Below the pieces are notes generated by a model. That model was not told the DNA's origin, did not search any database, and saw only the letters and a program-made list of their open reading frames with translations. From positions 930,001 through 994,000 of the forward strand of contig NW_026782259.1 of the NCBI RefSeq assembly GCF_031769215.1: a DNA stretch of 64,000 nucleotides, written 5' to 3'. Positions 38,040 to 50,233 of the stretch are shown here, piece by piece. A program made the translations under genes and the position numbers. Each line of letters opens with the position of its first letter. The first letter of the stretch is position 1. This stretch comes from Ylistrum balloti. Its lineage: Eukaryota.

Positions 38040-38680
38040 AAAGCTGAGTAGTAGTGTAAAACTCTCTAATAAGACAGGCTTGCTCCCTATAAAATCAACC
38101 ATTTACACAAAATGATACATGGTCTCCTCCCTCGGTACCGAAATTCTTCCTCACCGTAACGACAGCATCCGTAATCATAACACTCGTGTTGGTAAGAATT
38201 GTCCTCTTTCTTGTCGAACAAGCCCTTACATGAAATCCTTTCTACCGTCTGTAATTAGTCCTTGGAATTCTTTACCAGATACAATAAAAAAACGATCTGT
38301 CAATAAAAAATTATTGAAAATCATTTGAATACACCTGGCCACAAATGCTTTATCTTACAGGTTCGCCATACAAGATTGAGGATGGAGTGCAGTTCACTTA
38401 AATTTTAACTTGTATTTCGTAGAAATCTTGTTAATAGTCCACCGTGCTGTTGTTATCAAAAAGACGAAACCAACGAACACTTTTTTCATCAAATTGTTGA
38501 CTTTTTTCTGAGCTTCGCATACGTTGTTTTAGTATTCCAAATTCTCGATCGAAATACTACTAGCCTATGTCATACAATTCCCAAACAGTTTTCAGGTCTA
38601 GGGAACCCCACATTACGTTCACTCACCATGTGTTCTGAATATGATTGCAGAGACCTAGAAAACGCTTTACGTCATAGCAA
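38040..38680 (+). mobile_element. Degenerate CR1-like LINE 3' end
   Basis: RTSPYMKSFLPSVISPWNSLPDTIK followed by HTRLRMECSSLNFNL..RNLVNSP.CC...ETNEHFF, typical of CR1-clade ORF2 termini. Confidence 0.8.
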
Positions 38681-40134
38681 GATATAGTCTGTAATGAATA
38701 TGATCAGTGCGTGGCCAAGGGGAAGTAACTGTAGTAATGTCTCGTCCAGGCTTGGTAATGTTGAACAGGAGACAATAACCTGACATTAACCTTAGGGTAT
38801 CACTGACGAGTCCTAGAATGATGAAATAACTGTGTGATGCAGCTTTATTTATCATTTAAACTGTATGAAATGATGTTACTCACTTGTGCGTCGTTGGTGG
38901 TAGACACTATTGGAGCGGTATCTGGTGTGTGATATTTTGGTCACTAAAACAATTAGGTAATATCGCCGCCTATTCAAAACATATGACGATGTGACTTATT
39001 CAGTATAAATATATGTATTAAATGATATAATTGAAAAAATAAAAATTCGCATTATCCGGTACAGGTAAATAATAATAAAACACTTTTGGTTAGTTAAGCA
39101 TAAGTGTTTTTCATATCAAATCTTCATATGCTTTTCAATAAGTTGAAGAAGTTTTACTTATTCCTTAAGAGGCCTTGTGGTTATATATATATATATTATT
39201 GTAGATATCACCATATCCCATCGAAAATGTTAGGGTGTTATATTTCGGTGAATATTATGGTGATTCATCAAACCAAACTGAATAGGTTCTACCGCCACAA
39301 TGAATAAGTGATCCTCTATAATGAATAGTTTGTATCACCTAATCGTTTCACAGGAATCAGTTTAGTGGAGTAAAAAGTAAAAACGGAACTGGTGGTCTTT
39401 TAACCCATTAGGTTTACTGTATATACACGCATTTGGTGTTCTTTATCAGATACATGAAAATGACTAAATTTTATTGAATTGTGGGAGTAGTGCACTGTCC
39501 ATCTTCATTCGGTCACTTTTCCTCAATCGCCTCCTACATGTGATTAAAAATACATGTCCTTTGAAGGGTAAAACAGTTGTTTGGTGCAGTTTAAAAATTC
39601 AGCTCTTTTGTACCTAATCAAAGGTGTTATTCATTTGTGGCAGTCTTCGATTTCCTAAACACATTTAGGGTTTGTTACCAATACCATTATTTCTGAAGAT
39701 GTCAGTCACTGACAAACTCGGTCAGGATTTTGAGAGATGTAGGTTGTTGAATTATTGCTAAGTTTTGATCACATCAGGGATATGTTTTAATTTCTCTGTG
39801 AGATTGGGTTTGAAAGCTTGACGTGCTTTGTTATTTACCTTCTAATTGGCCAATGTTTACAAGGCGGGTGTCGTCGATGATGCAGAAGACATGCTTCGGA
39901 ACATCTTGTTTTCTTTCTCCCTGTACATTTTCCGGAGTCCCTGTGTATTCCCTCCCCCATCCCCCCACCTTTTTATCATATTTTGCCCTAGCAAGCTGGG
40001 TTGAAGATATCTCAATTTATTCATGTTAATCACACTGGCCCATTTTCAAGGCTACTGAAGTCAAACAAAGTACATGTATGTCAAAATCTTCAAACAGTTT
40101 TTTTTGCATCATTAAAAGACCTGATTTTGGCAAA

Positions 40135-43100
40135 AGAGCATGCTAGGATGATGTACCCAATAGCTAAACATGCTAGGATGATGTACCCAATAACTAAACA
40201 TGCTAGGATGATGTACCCAATAGCTTGCTAGGATGATATACCCAATAGCATGCTAGGATGATGTACCCAATAGCATTCTAGGATGATGTACCCAATAACT
40301 AAACATGCTAGGATGATGTACCCAATAACTAAACATGCTAGGATGATGTACCCAATAGCTTGCTAGGATGATATACCTAATAGCATGCTAGGATGATGTA
40401 CCCAATAGCATGCTAGGATGATATACCCAATAGAATGCTATGATGATGTACCCAATAGCATTCTAGGATGATGTACCCAATAACTAAACATGCTAGGATG
40501 ATGTACCCAATAGCTTGCTAGGATGATATACCTAATAGCATGCTAGGATGATGTACCCAATAGCATGCTAGGATGATATACCCAATAGAATGCTATGATG
40601 ATGTACCCAATAACTAAACATGCTAGGATGATGTACCCAATAGCATGCTAGGATGATGTACCCAATAACTAAACATACTAGGATGATGTACCCAATAGCA
40701 TTTTAGGATGATGTACCCAATAGCATGCTATGATGATGTACCCAATAACTAAACATGCTAGGATGATGTACCCAATAATTAAACATACTAGGATGATGTA
40801 CCCAATTGCATGCTAGGATGATGAACCCAATAACTTAACATTCTAGGATGATGTACCCAATAACTAAACATGCTAGGATGATGTACCCAACAGCATGCAA
40901 GGATGATGTACCCAATAGCATGCAAGGATGATGTACCCAATAACTAAACATACTAGGATGATGTACCCAATAGCATTTTAGGATGATGTACCCAATAGCA
41001 TGCTAGGATGATGTACCCAATAACATGCTAGGATGATGTACCCAATAGCATGCTAGGATGATGTACCCAATAGCTTGCTAGGATGATGTACCCAATAGCA
41101 TGCTAGGATGATGTACCCCATAGCATGCTAGGATGATGTATCCAATAGCATTCTAGGATAATGTACCCAATAACTAAACATGCTAGGATGATGTACCCAA
41201 TAACTAAACATGCTAGGATGATGTACCCAATAACTAAACATACTAGGATGATGTACCCAATAGCATTTTAGGATGATGTACCCAATAGCATGCTAGGATG
41301 ATGTACCCAATAACATGCTAGGATGATGTACCCAATAGCATGCTAGGATGATGTACCCAATAGCTTGCTAGGATGATGTACCCAATAGCATGCTAGGATG
41401 ATGTACCCCATAGCATGCTAGGATGATGTACCCAACAGCATACAAGGATGATGTACCCAATAGCATGCAAGGATGATGTACCCAATAACTAAACATACTA
41501 GGATGATGTACCCAATAGCATTTTAGGATGATGTACCCAATAGCATGCTAGGATGATGTACCCAATAACATGCTAGGATGATGTACCCAATAGCTTGCTA
41601 GGATGATGTACCCAATAGCATGCTAGGATGATGTACCCAATAGCATGCTAGGATGATGTACCCAATAACTTAACATGCTAGGATGATGTACCCAATAACT
41701 AAACATGCTAGGATGATGTACACAATAGCATGCTCGGATGATGTACCCAATAGCTTGCTAGGATGATGTACCCAATAGCATGCTAGGATGATGTACCCCA
41801 TAGCATGCTAGGATGATGTATCCAATAGCATTCTAGGATAATGTACCCAATAACTAAACATGCTAGGATGATGTACCCAATAGCATGCTAGGATGATGTA
41901 CCCAATAGCATGCTATGATGATGTACCCAATAACTAAACATGCTAGGATGATGTACCCAACAACAGGCTAGGATGATGTACCCAATAACTAAACATGCTA
42001 GGATGATGTACCCAATAGCATGCTAGGATGATATACCCAATAGCATGCTAGGATGATGTACCCAATAGCATGCTAGGATGATGTACCCAATAACTAAACA
42101 TGCTAGGATGATGTACCCAATAACTAAACATGCTAGGATGATATACACAATAGCATGCTCGGATGATGTACCCAATAGCATGCTAGGATGATGTACCCAA
42201 TTGCATGCTAGGATGATGTACCCAATTGCATGCTAGGATGATGTACCCAATAACTAAACATACTAGGATGATGTACCCAATTGCACGCTAGGATGATGAA
42301 CCCAATAACTTAACATGCTAGGATGATGTACCCAATAACTAAACATGCTAGGATTATGTACCCAATAACTAAACATGCTAGGATGATGTACCCAATAGCA
42401 TGCTAGGATGATGTACCCAATAGCTTGCTAGGATGATATACCTAATAGCATGCAAGGATGGTGTACCCAATAGCATGCTAGGATGATGTACCCAATAGCA
42501 TTCTAGGATGATGTACCCAATAACTAAACATGCTAGGATGATGTACCCAATAGCATGTTAGGATGATGTACCCAACAGCATGCAAGGATGATGTACCCAA
42601 TAGCATGCTAGGATGATGTACCCAAAAGCATGTTAGGATGAAGTACCCAATAGCATGCTAGGATGATGTATCCAATAGCATGATAGGATGATGTACCCAA
42701 TAGCATGCTAGGATGATGTACCCAATAGCAAGCTAGGATGATGTACCCAATAGCTTGCTAGGATGATGTACCCAATAACATCAAAGATGATGTACCCAAT
42801 AACATGCTAGGATGATGTACCCAATAGCATGCTAGGATGATGTACCCAATAGCTTGCTAGGATGATGTACCCAATAACATAGCATGATAGGATGATGTAC
42901 CCAATAACTAATCATGCTAGGATGATGTACCCAATAGCTTGCTAGGATGATGTACCCAATAGCATGCTAGGATGATGTACCCAATAGCTTGCTAGGATGA
43001 TGTATCCAATAGCATGATAGGATGATGTACCCAATTAACATCCTAGGATGATGTACCCAATAGCATGTTAGGATGATGTACCCAACAGCCCAACAGCATG

Positions 43101-43495
43101 CAAGGATGATGTACCCAATAGCATGCTAGGATGATTTACCCAATAACATGCTAGGATGATGTACCCAATAGCATTCTAGGATGATGTACCCAATAACATC
43201 CAAGATGATGTACCCAATAGCATGCTAAGATGATGTACCCAATAACATGCTAGGATGATGTACCCAATAGCAGGATAGGATGATGTACCCAACAGCATGC
43301 TAGGATGATGTACCCAATAGCTTGCTAGGATGATGTACCCAATAACATAGCATGATAGGATGATGTACCCAATAACTAATCATGCTAGGATGATGTACCC
43401 AATAGCTTGCTAGGATGATGTACCCAATAGCATGCTAGGATGATGTACCCAATAGCTTGCTAGGATGATGTACCCAATAGCATGCTAGGATTATA
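40135..43495. repeat. Satellite array of about 3.4 kb with interleaved 25-bp and 30-bp units
   Basis: 25-mer TAGCATGCTAGGATGATGTACCCAA and 30-mer TAACTAAACATGCTAGGATGATGTACCCAA share a common core. More than 120 units. Confidence 0.98.
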
Positions 43496-44689
43496 TACTA
43501 TGAAGTTTATTAAAATGTATGATCTGTGCCTTCTTTCGAGTTCAAATTGGTAATAAACAGCAAAACTATAAAACAACTTCTTCTAAATAATCAAAAGGTC
43601 AAGAGTCAATATGACCAGCGAGTGGCACTGTGGGATTAAGTATAAAAAGTTTGCCAAAATGAATGACTTCATATCAATCAACCAGTCAAAAGGCAAATGG
43701 TCTTGAGTAAATGACAACCAGATTTGCGTGCTTAAAGTTTAGAATTAGTGCTAAAATTTAAACAAATGACCTGCACCTAACTTAAAGGTCAAATGTGTGA
43801 CAAATTTCAAATACATTCAGATGAATAAAAATATACAAAGACAAAATACCAGTAGAGGAAAAATAATTATATTTGACTTTCATATATTTTCCATTAATTA
43901 AGAGACATAATAAAAACATTAAATATACAACAGTTTTCTTGCAACCTTTGACACACAGTGTAAGTCTTAAAAAAATCACATTTCATTAACATGCCTTACT
44001 TCAGTAACAAGAAAATCATAGTTCACCTTAAATTTGTGAACATTTAGAAAATGCTTCTATCATTGAAATTTCACAAAAGACTTGATCTTAATTGAGACCT
44101 AGAGTCACTAAGTTGTACTACAAACAATGGAACTACCAGGTACTGTTAGTTGGGGAAGATCGCTGTATTTCAATAACTGATGAGTTATTCAATAAATTAC
44201 TGACGTTAATAACATAAAGTCAAGTTTCGGTAAAATGAACAACATCAAATTTTTGAATCAGAACATGATCAATATCGTTTAACTCTTTTTTGTTGTTGAA
44301 TCTGTACAACATTTCCACATCTTTATTTGTTCGAAAAAATCTGCCTGCTCAATCAATTGTGTTCAAATTAATTTTGCGAAGTCAAACACTTTCTCATCAA
44401 AAATTATACACACTGACATAGCACTTTGCTACTGGAAATGTTAATAATTTATTGATATTTTGGTGCCCTGACCAAATATTTAATGATCGGAATGCTAAGA
44501 AAGTACAAATATTTCCATGCATGATCTTCTGTTCAGTTGATCACATTGAAACTGGATAGTAATCTCTTGTTTTGTAAAGAAAGAAAAACAACAAAGTGTT
44601 GAAATAATTTTTTGTTCTGTTTTTCATTCAGTCCAAATACGTTAAGAAACTTGTTTGAACTATTTGATTTCATCAGCTTCGATTTTCCA

Positions 44690-45277
44690 TTAACTTTCTG
44701 TACATCCATACTTTACTCGAGAAAAATAACAATCAAATCCAAGTGAGATGGTATTATCATACAGAACCCTGAATCGTGTTGGTAAGATCAAAAAATTAAA
44801 TAGCTGTGCTGGAGGCCATACAATCCATTCAGCCAGATACAGAATAGCACCTTTACTTGTAGTCTCCTCTTTTATTTCTTCCCAAGTCTTGTTTTCTAGT
44901 ATAGAAGTCGTTAGTAAAAACAAGGAGATGTAAATTGGAGAGCAGATCAACTGATCAACAATAACCTTTTTGAGTACAACTTTGATCGTTTTGCCGGGAA
45001 GCCATTTGTCCAAGAAAAGGTACCAGTAGTGGCAAAATGGTCCTATCACTAGTCCAGAGGCTGCCACATGTTTGCTGCGAGTCAGATTCATTGCCTTGGC
45101 TTCTTTTGTCCTGATCTGGTACCTCTGCTGAAGGAAGTCTCCAGTACATGATAATCCCACTGTTATACTGACATTAGTCACTAGCAAATATTTTTTGCCA
45201 AATAGTACTTTCCCACTGTCTGAGACAGCCTTCTGAACAGGCTTGGACAATTGCTTCAGCCATCTTAGGCCCAGCAT
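44690..45277 (-). CDS. MPV17L2: Mpv17-like protein 2 (Mpv17/PMP22 family membrane protein), single coding exon, about 195 aa
   Basis: LLVTN...LSCTGDFLQQ, SGLVIGPFCHYWYLFLDKWLPG, VLKKVIVDQLICSP, EWIVWPPAQLFNFLILPTRFRVLYDNTISLGFDCYFS. The ORF-track N-terminus (45430) reads through a pyrimidine-rich acceptor (AG at 45355-45354), so the start is placed at MLGLRWLK (45277). Candidate non-coding upstream exons end at GTAAGT donors near 46207 and 46734. Confidence 0.93.
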   Translation of the reverse strand: MLGLRWLKQLSKPVQKAVSDSGKVLFGKKYLLVTNVSITVGLSCTGDFLQQRYQIRTKEAKAMNLTRSKHVAASGLVIGPFCHYWYLFLDKWLPGKTIKVVLKKVIVDQLICSPIYISLFLLTTSILENKTWEEIKEETTSKGAILYLAEWIVWPPAQLFNFLILPTRFRVLYDNTISLGFDCYFSRVKYGCTES

Positions 45278-45639
45278 GTCTCTTGAGTTCACCAATGCAT
45301 TCAGTTGTCTATTGAAAAGAAATGCTGGAGAATGCTCTTTAAAAATCCATCTCCTGTAAGGAAATAAGAAGAAAATTGTTATAAAATTAAATAGGCAAAA
45401 TACAAGAGGCACAAAAGCCATAACAGTCATCTAGCTTCAAAAAATTTCAGCATGTAGAAGGGTTAATTTTTCTACTTTGAATGAAATCTTCAGACAACAA
45501 TCAACCCTAAAGTTGAATCAGTTACCTTTCTGAAGGCACAAACGCAGCTGGCTGAAAGCTTTTACATACCGATAGTTAAAGAATAACAACATTTTGTTCG
45601 CTACCTTTACTTAATATCCCTACCAATTTTTAGCTCAAA

Positions 45640-46021
45640 GGCACCAATTAAACTGGACAAGTTTGAAATATGTTTATCAAGATGGTGGCCATTATGGATT
45701 TCAGACTGATTAAAAAAAAACCTTGGTTACAACCATCTCAGGAACATTCCAGACAAGTTGGAGCTCAACCCTGCTGGTGAACTTGAGAAGTTTGAAATAG
45801 GCCTTGCACAAGAAAACCATAATTGCACAATCATATTATGAAATGGCTCAATAGCACCACTGGAACTAGAGAAGTTTTAAAAAAAATCAAGATTGCCACT
45901 GGTGGAACTTTAGGAGAAGTTTAAAATGTCAAAAGATTACACATGAGGCACAGCGGACAGCCTTGGATGAAGCACAATGGCTATAGGTCATCATGACCCT
46001 TTGGGTCAGGTGACCTAAAAA
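45640..46021 (-). mobile_element. HINE-like element in the MPV17L2 5' intron
   Basis: Terminus GGTCATCATGACCC-TTT-GGGTCAGGTGACCTAAAAA (a fold-back plus a T-run on the minus strand), preceded by imperfect internal repeats (GAGAAGTTT...AAAAT). Confidence 0.6.
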
Positions 46022-47934
46022 TGCTGCATTACAGTTGAATTATGATGCTTAAAAAAAAACACTGAATAAGAAATATCCAAGGAAGCATGAATAATTTACA
46101 TTTGCATCTTTTCTTTCTTTATAAAATAGTGTATGTGATGTTTTATCCATGAATGACAAATTGATAACAAAACGTGCCAGCTATCGTATCTTTTTTGTTA
46201 CACTTACCGTAACGTTAATCCAATACAAACTAAAATATCAACAGAACATCGAAGTCACTGAAGCATGAAAAGTGGTACCTACATTGTACACCACAATGGC
46301 CTACATGAAAATCACTTGCTCTATTGCCAGCGCACAAAAATAAAATAAACAGATCATAGTGCTTGTCAAGTGTTAAAACTTAGTTTGTCTAGCTATTATG
46401 ACCATATGCATCTTTTAGATTTATACAGTTATATAACGGCATGTGCAACACAATAAACTAAGAATATTTAACATTAACATTAGCTATTAAAAACTATTTG
46501 GACAGACAGCGATTTGTTAAATAAACACCAGAAACTAAAATATTCTACTTAACTGTAAGTATTAGTCCAACTTGTTTTTCAAATAAACAGATCATGAGCC
46601 TTCTAAGCTCTGACCTATTCAATGTCGTCATATTTAACCACCAGTGCTTCTATTTAGTGAGAATTTAAATGATTTCCAATGTATATGGTTATAAATCATG
46701 AATTGTAAAACTTCTCTTATTAATTTATACTTACTGTGTCAAATCATAAGGACTTCGTAATCAAACGTGTACTCTCACTTTCCAAAGGGCACCAACGGTA
46801 TCACGCACGCCGGTTTCATAATGTTCGTCTGCAGGTCAACAGGGCCTGTGTATGTGGTTTAATCAAATTTGCAGAGGAAATATAACGAAACGAAATCATA
46901 TCCTGTATTTGTCATTCGGATAGTTTTAGCAGAGACGTATATATCACATGTGTCATAAGTGTCTCTGGTTTTAGTCAAATGCACAGAATAATATGACTTT
47001 AACTTAATTATTAATGTTGGAAGTGTTGTCTGATCATAGAAATGAGAAATATAGAGTAATAATAATTGTTATTTGAATGAATAAATCAACATAAAAATAT
47101 AATTACCAAGGACCAATGACGTATATATAACACAATATATTCGTCTCTGCAGGTACATGTACGTATAAAAGGGCCTCATGCGTTGATGTAAATACATTGT
47201 AGACAAAAAAACAGCAATAAAGATTATGTGGAACAACATATATCAAAGGTCAATGCAGACCCAAACTCGTATGGGTCAATATACATCTTTATTCTCAAAC
47301 CTACAATAAACTCATTTAGCTGTGTTTAATCAGCAATTCCTTTTTACGAGTTCTTGTAACTTAACCTGCTTTACTAATGTCCAGATCCTGTGTATGTTTT
47401 TGTGTATGATCTAACGTCAATGACCTGAGCGTGTCACGCCAGATACCACCCTAGTCACTACACAGATAAAACATCTATATTAGGATGTGTCCTATATCAT
47501 CATAGATACTGATATATTCGACAACTTACTATGATAAACCTGCCCCAAATGATTAGATTATCAGACTTAGAGTGTACATATCATCTGAGATCAAATCAAG
47601 TATATACTTTGTTCTCTTTAAGTCCATATTATTTTAATCAATGTTAAAATTATATTTCATTTGCAGATCGTGGAAATCTTTGGGGGGTGGGGGTTTGGGG
47701 GGTGGGGGGTGGTGGGTGGTAGGTGGGGGCATAGAACGTCAGAACAATTCGGATCGACTAGCGCTACTCTAGCAAAGTCATACGATGCCATCCACCCAAA
47801 GCCTTCCCGTAAATACAGATATACCCATAACGTAACAGGTTATCCAACGATACTCCAATATTCGACCCCATCGACTGCTAAACTTATCATGACACCATTC
47901 TGACTAAGTGAAAACCCTTGCAATGCCTATCCAA

Positions 47935-48108
47935 CTGATTGATTGATTGATCGATTATTTGATTAGTTTGATTAGATGATTGGTTGGATGATTAGTTGGT
48001 TGGTTGAATGATTAGTTGGTTGGTTGAATGATTAGTTGGTTGGTTGAATGATTAGTTGGTTGGTTGAATGATTAGTTGGTTGGTTGATTGATTGATTGAT
48101 TGGTTAAT
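47935..48108. repeat. (GATT)n/(GGTT)n compound microsatellite with a 20-bp higher unit
   Basis: TGGTTGAATGATTAGTTGGT is repeated about 4-5 times and runs into the assembly gap. Confidence 0.9.
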
Positions 48109-48293
48109 NNNNNNNNNNNNNNNNNNNNNNNNNNNNNNNNNNNNNNNNNNNNNNNNNNNNNNNNNNNNNNNNNNNNNNNNNNNNNNNNNNNNNNNNNNNN
48201 NNNNNNNNNNNNNNNNNNNNNNNNNNNNNNNNNNNNNNNNNNNNNNNNNNNNNNNNNNNNNNNNNNNNNNNNNNNNNNNNNNNNNNNNNNNNN
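48109..48293. other. Assembly gap (185 N)
   Basis: Run of N characters. Confidence 1.
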
Positions 48294-49101
48294 GATTTCT
48301 TGATTGACAGGTTTTCCGTCTCCGTGACTTCTCCCGTATCCGATTATTGTCTCACCGAACGTCAGTGTTCTTGCGACGTTATGCCTATACAACTCCTTTC
48401 CTAATTATCCAACGTTATTTATACCTAGGCAACGCCTACAATAATGAAATCAATTCATGATATACCGTATGACGCGCGAAATACGAAACTGAAAAATGAA
48501 ATAAAGATATGTTCAACTTAAAAATGGTAAAAATATGTCACAAGTGTAGGCTCTCTACGAATCATAAATAAATGCAGATGTACGCATTTTATTATAATTT
48601 TCTAAAATATATGTATGATCTATAACAGTGGATATTGTAATGATAAAACTGATATAGATAATTGATATATCACCCTATCGCAAAGGACGCAAGATTACTG
48701 GTTTCTAGGTGAGTAAGATTTATACCGTATCTAATGGCACTTGTGATATTTCAATCATTCACAAATACATATGATTATTAGAGCGTGTACAGCATAAGCA
48801 TAAAACGAATAAATATTTGCATTGTCACATAGCCATACTTTTAATCCATGGCAAACCGATACAGATACAACTGTATTTTATCCAGATTTCATTTTATAGT
48901 ATAAATGTAGATTCCGTCTTTTTTCGTATATTTTTTGTTTTGTTTCTATTTATCTGTAAAAGGCTATTTGTATGTTTTACATATTTTTGCACGGGATTGA
49001 CTTGTTTTGGCAAAATAACAATCAATTATCCTATTTTCTTTGTGAGTACGTTCGTATAATATTACGTTCTTTTTATTTTAAATATACACGGAACATCTTT
49101 A

Positions 49102-49198
49102 CCGGAAGTACTATTTCAATCGTTCCCATGCGTTTTGCTGAACTCTCAAGTCAAAGCATGAGGGATCGAGTAATGATTTGAGTGTAGCGCCATCTTTG
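49102..49198. promoter_or_regulatory. Putative promoter of the hnRNP C-like gene (ETS plus YY1-like motifs)
   Basis: CCGGAAGT at 49102-49109 and GCGCCATCTTTG (YY1-like) at 49187-49198, about 1 kb upstream of the first coding exon (acceptor at 50205-50206). Confidence 0.5.
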
Positions 49199-50233
49199 CC
49201 GCGAACGGTATCAAAAACCAACATGTGCTTATATTTGAAGTGACCCAATCGGCACATGTGTGATTATTTAATTCAAGATCATCGTCCTACACGTTCAATA
49301 TATTTTGGTAAGGCGTTTGAACTTAATACAATACTGAGTGCGACTATGTCAATGGAAATTTTCTCTCTTTTTGTGCGTGTCTTATGTCTTTCTTTGGTCA
49401 TGTTGATCAACGATCTCGGCCCTTTAGTCTGGTATGTCCATCTCGATTTCAAATCTTAAATGTGTCAATTGTGCGCTCTTTAATTTGAAATTATTGACGT
49501 CATACACGTAAAATAATGGCATAGATTTGTCTCTTCGTATTGTATAATTACAGTAAACAACCTACCACAATGAATGGATGCAGCTGAAGGTATAATATTG
49601 TACCTGATTATTTTCAACCACAAAAGTTCCTGTATTAAAAAAAAAACAAATATTCAGTAAAGGGAAAAGGACAAGTTATCCAAATTCATAATTCTTGTTT
49701 TCAGACATGTGGACATAATATGTTAGATTTACTTCTATATCTTTAAGCACAATATCAAATTTAATGAATAGACACTAAAATGTAATTGATTTGCACTGAA
49801 AGAAAGCAGAACAAAAAAAAAAAAAACAAAAAACAAAACTGTTATACATTGGAGTTTATCAGAGATATGGATAACTTCAAGATCTGAAGTACTTGCTGTA
49901 CTTAATTAGAGTGACTTTAGAAGGCATGTTACAAATCAAATGAGTAAGGACAGGTTATAAGTTGAATATGGAGCATCTACTTATCTAGATCTTTGCTAGC
50001 TTTGAATGAAATGGTCCAGACGAGCGAAAAAAATCTTTGTATAGGCAAAGGTTTGATTTCAAATATATTGAAAATTGATTTTTAATTTCAGGAACTCTGA
50101 TGTCAGAAAGTCTTCAGAATTAATATATGTTTAGATCAAGACTAACCTGCAATTTAGCAGTTTTGCTACAAAATTGATCAATTTTGTTTATTTTTTAGTT
50201 TGACAGATTTGACCTGTAGCAAAATATTTCATC

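Noticed and set aside
27645-43495. Long arrays of 25-33 bp units as possible CRISPR arrays
   Set aside because: The units are head-to-tail with no unique spacers, there are no cas genes, and the context is eukaryotic.
45278-45430. Hydrophobic N-terminal extension of the MPV17L2 ORF
   Set aside because: It reads through a T-rich 3' splice acceptor and is most likely intron plus 5' UTR.
48072-48392. ORFs spanning the N run
   Set aside because: Artefacts of the assembly gap.
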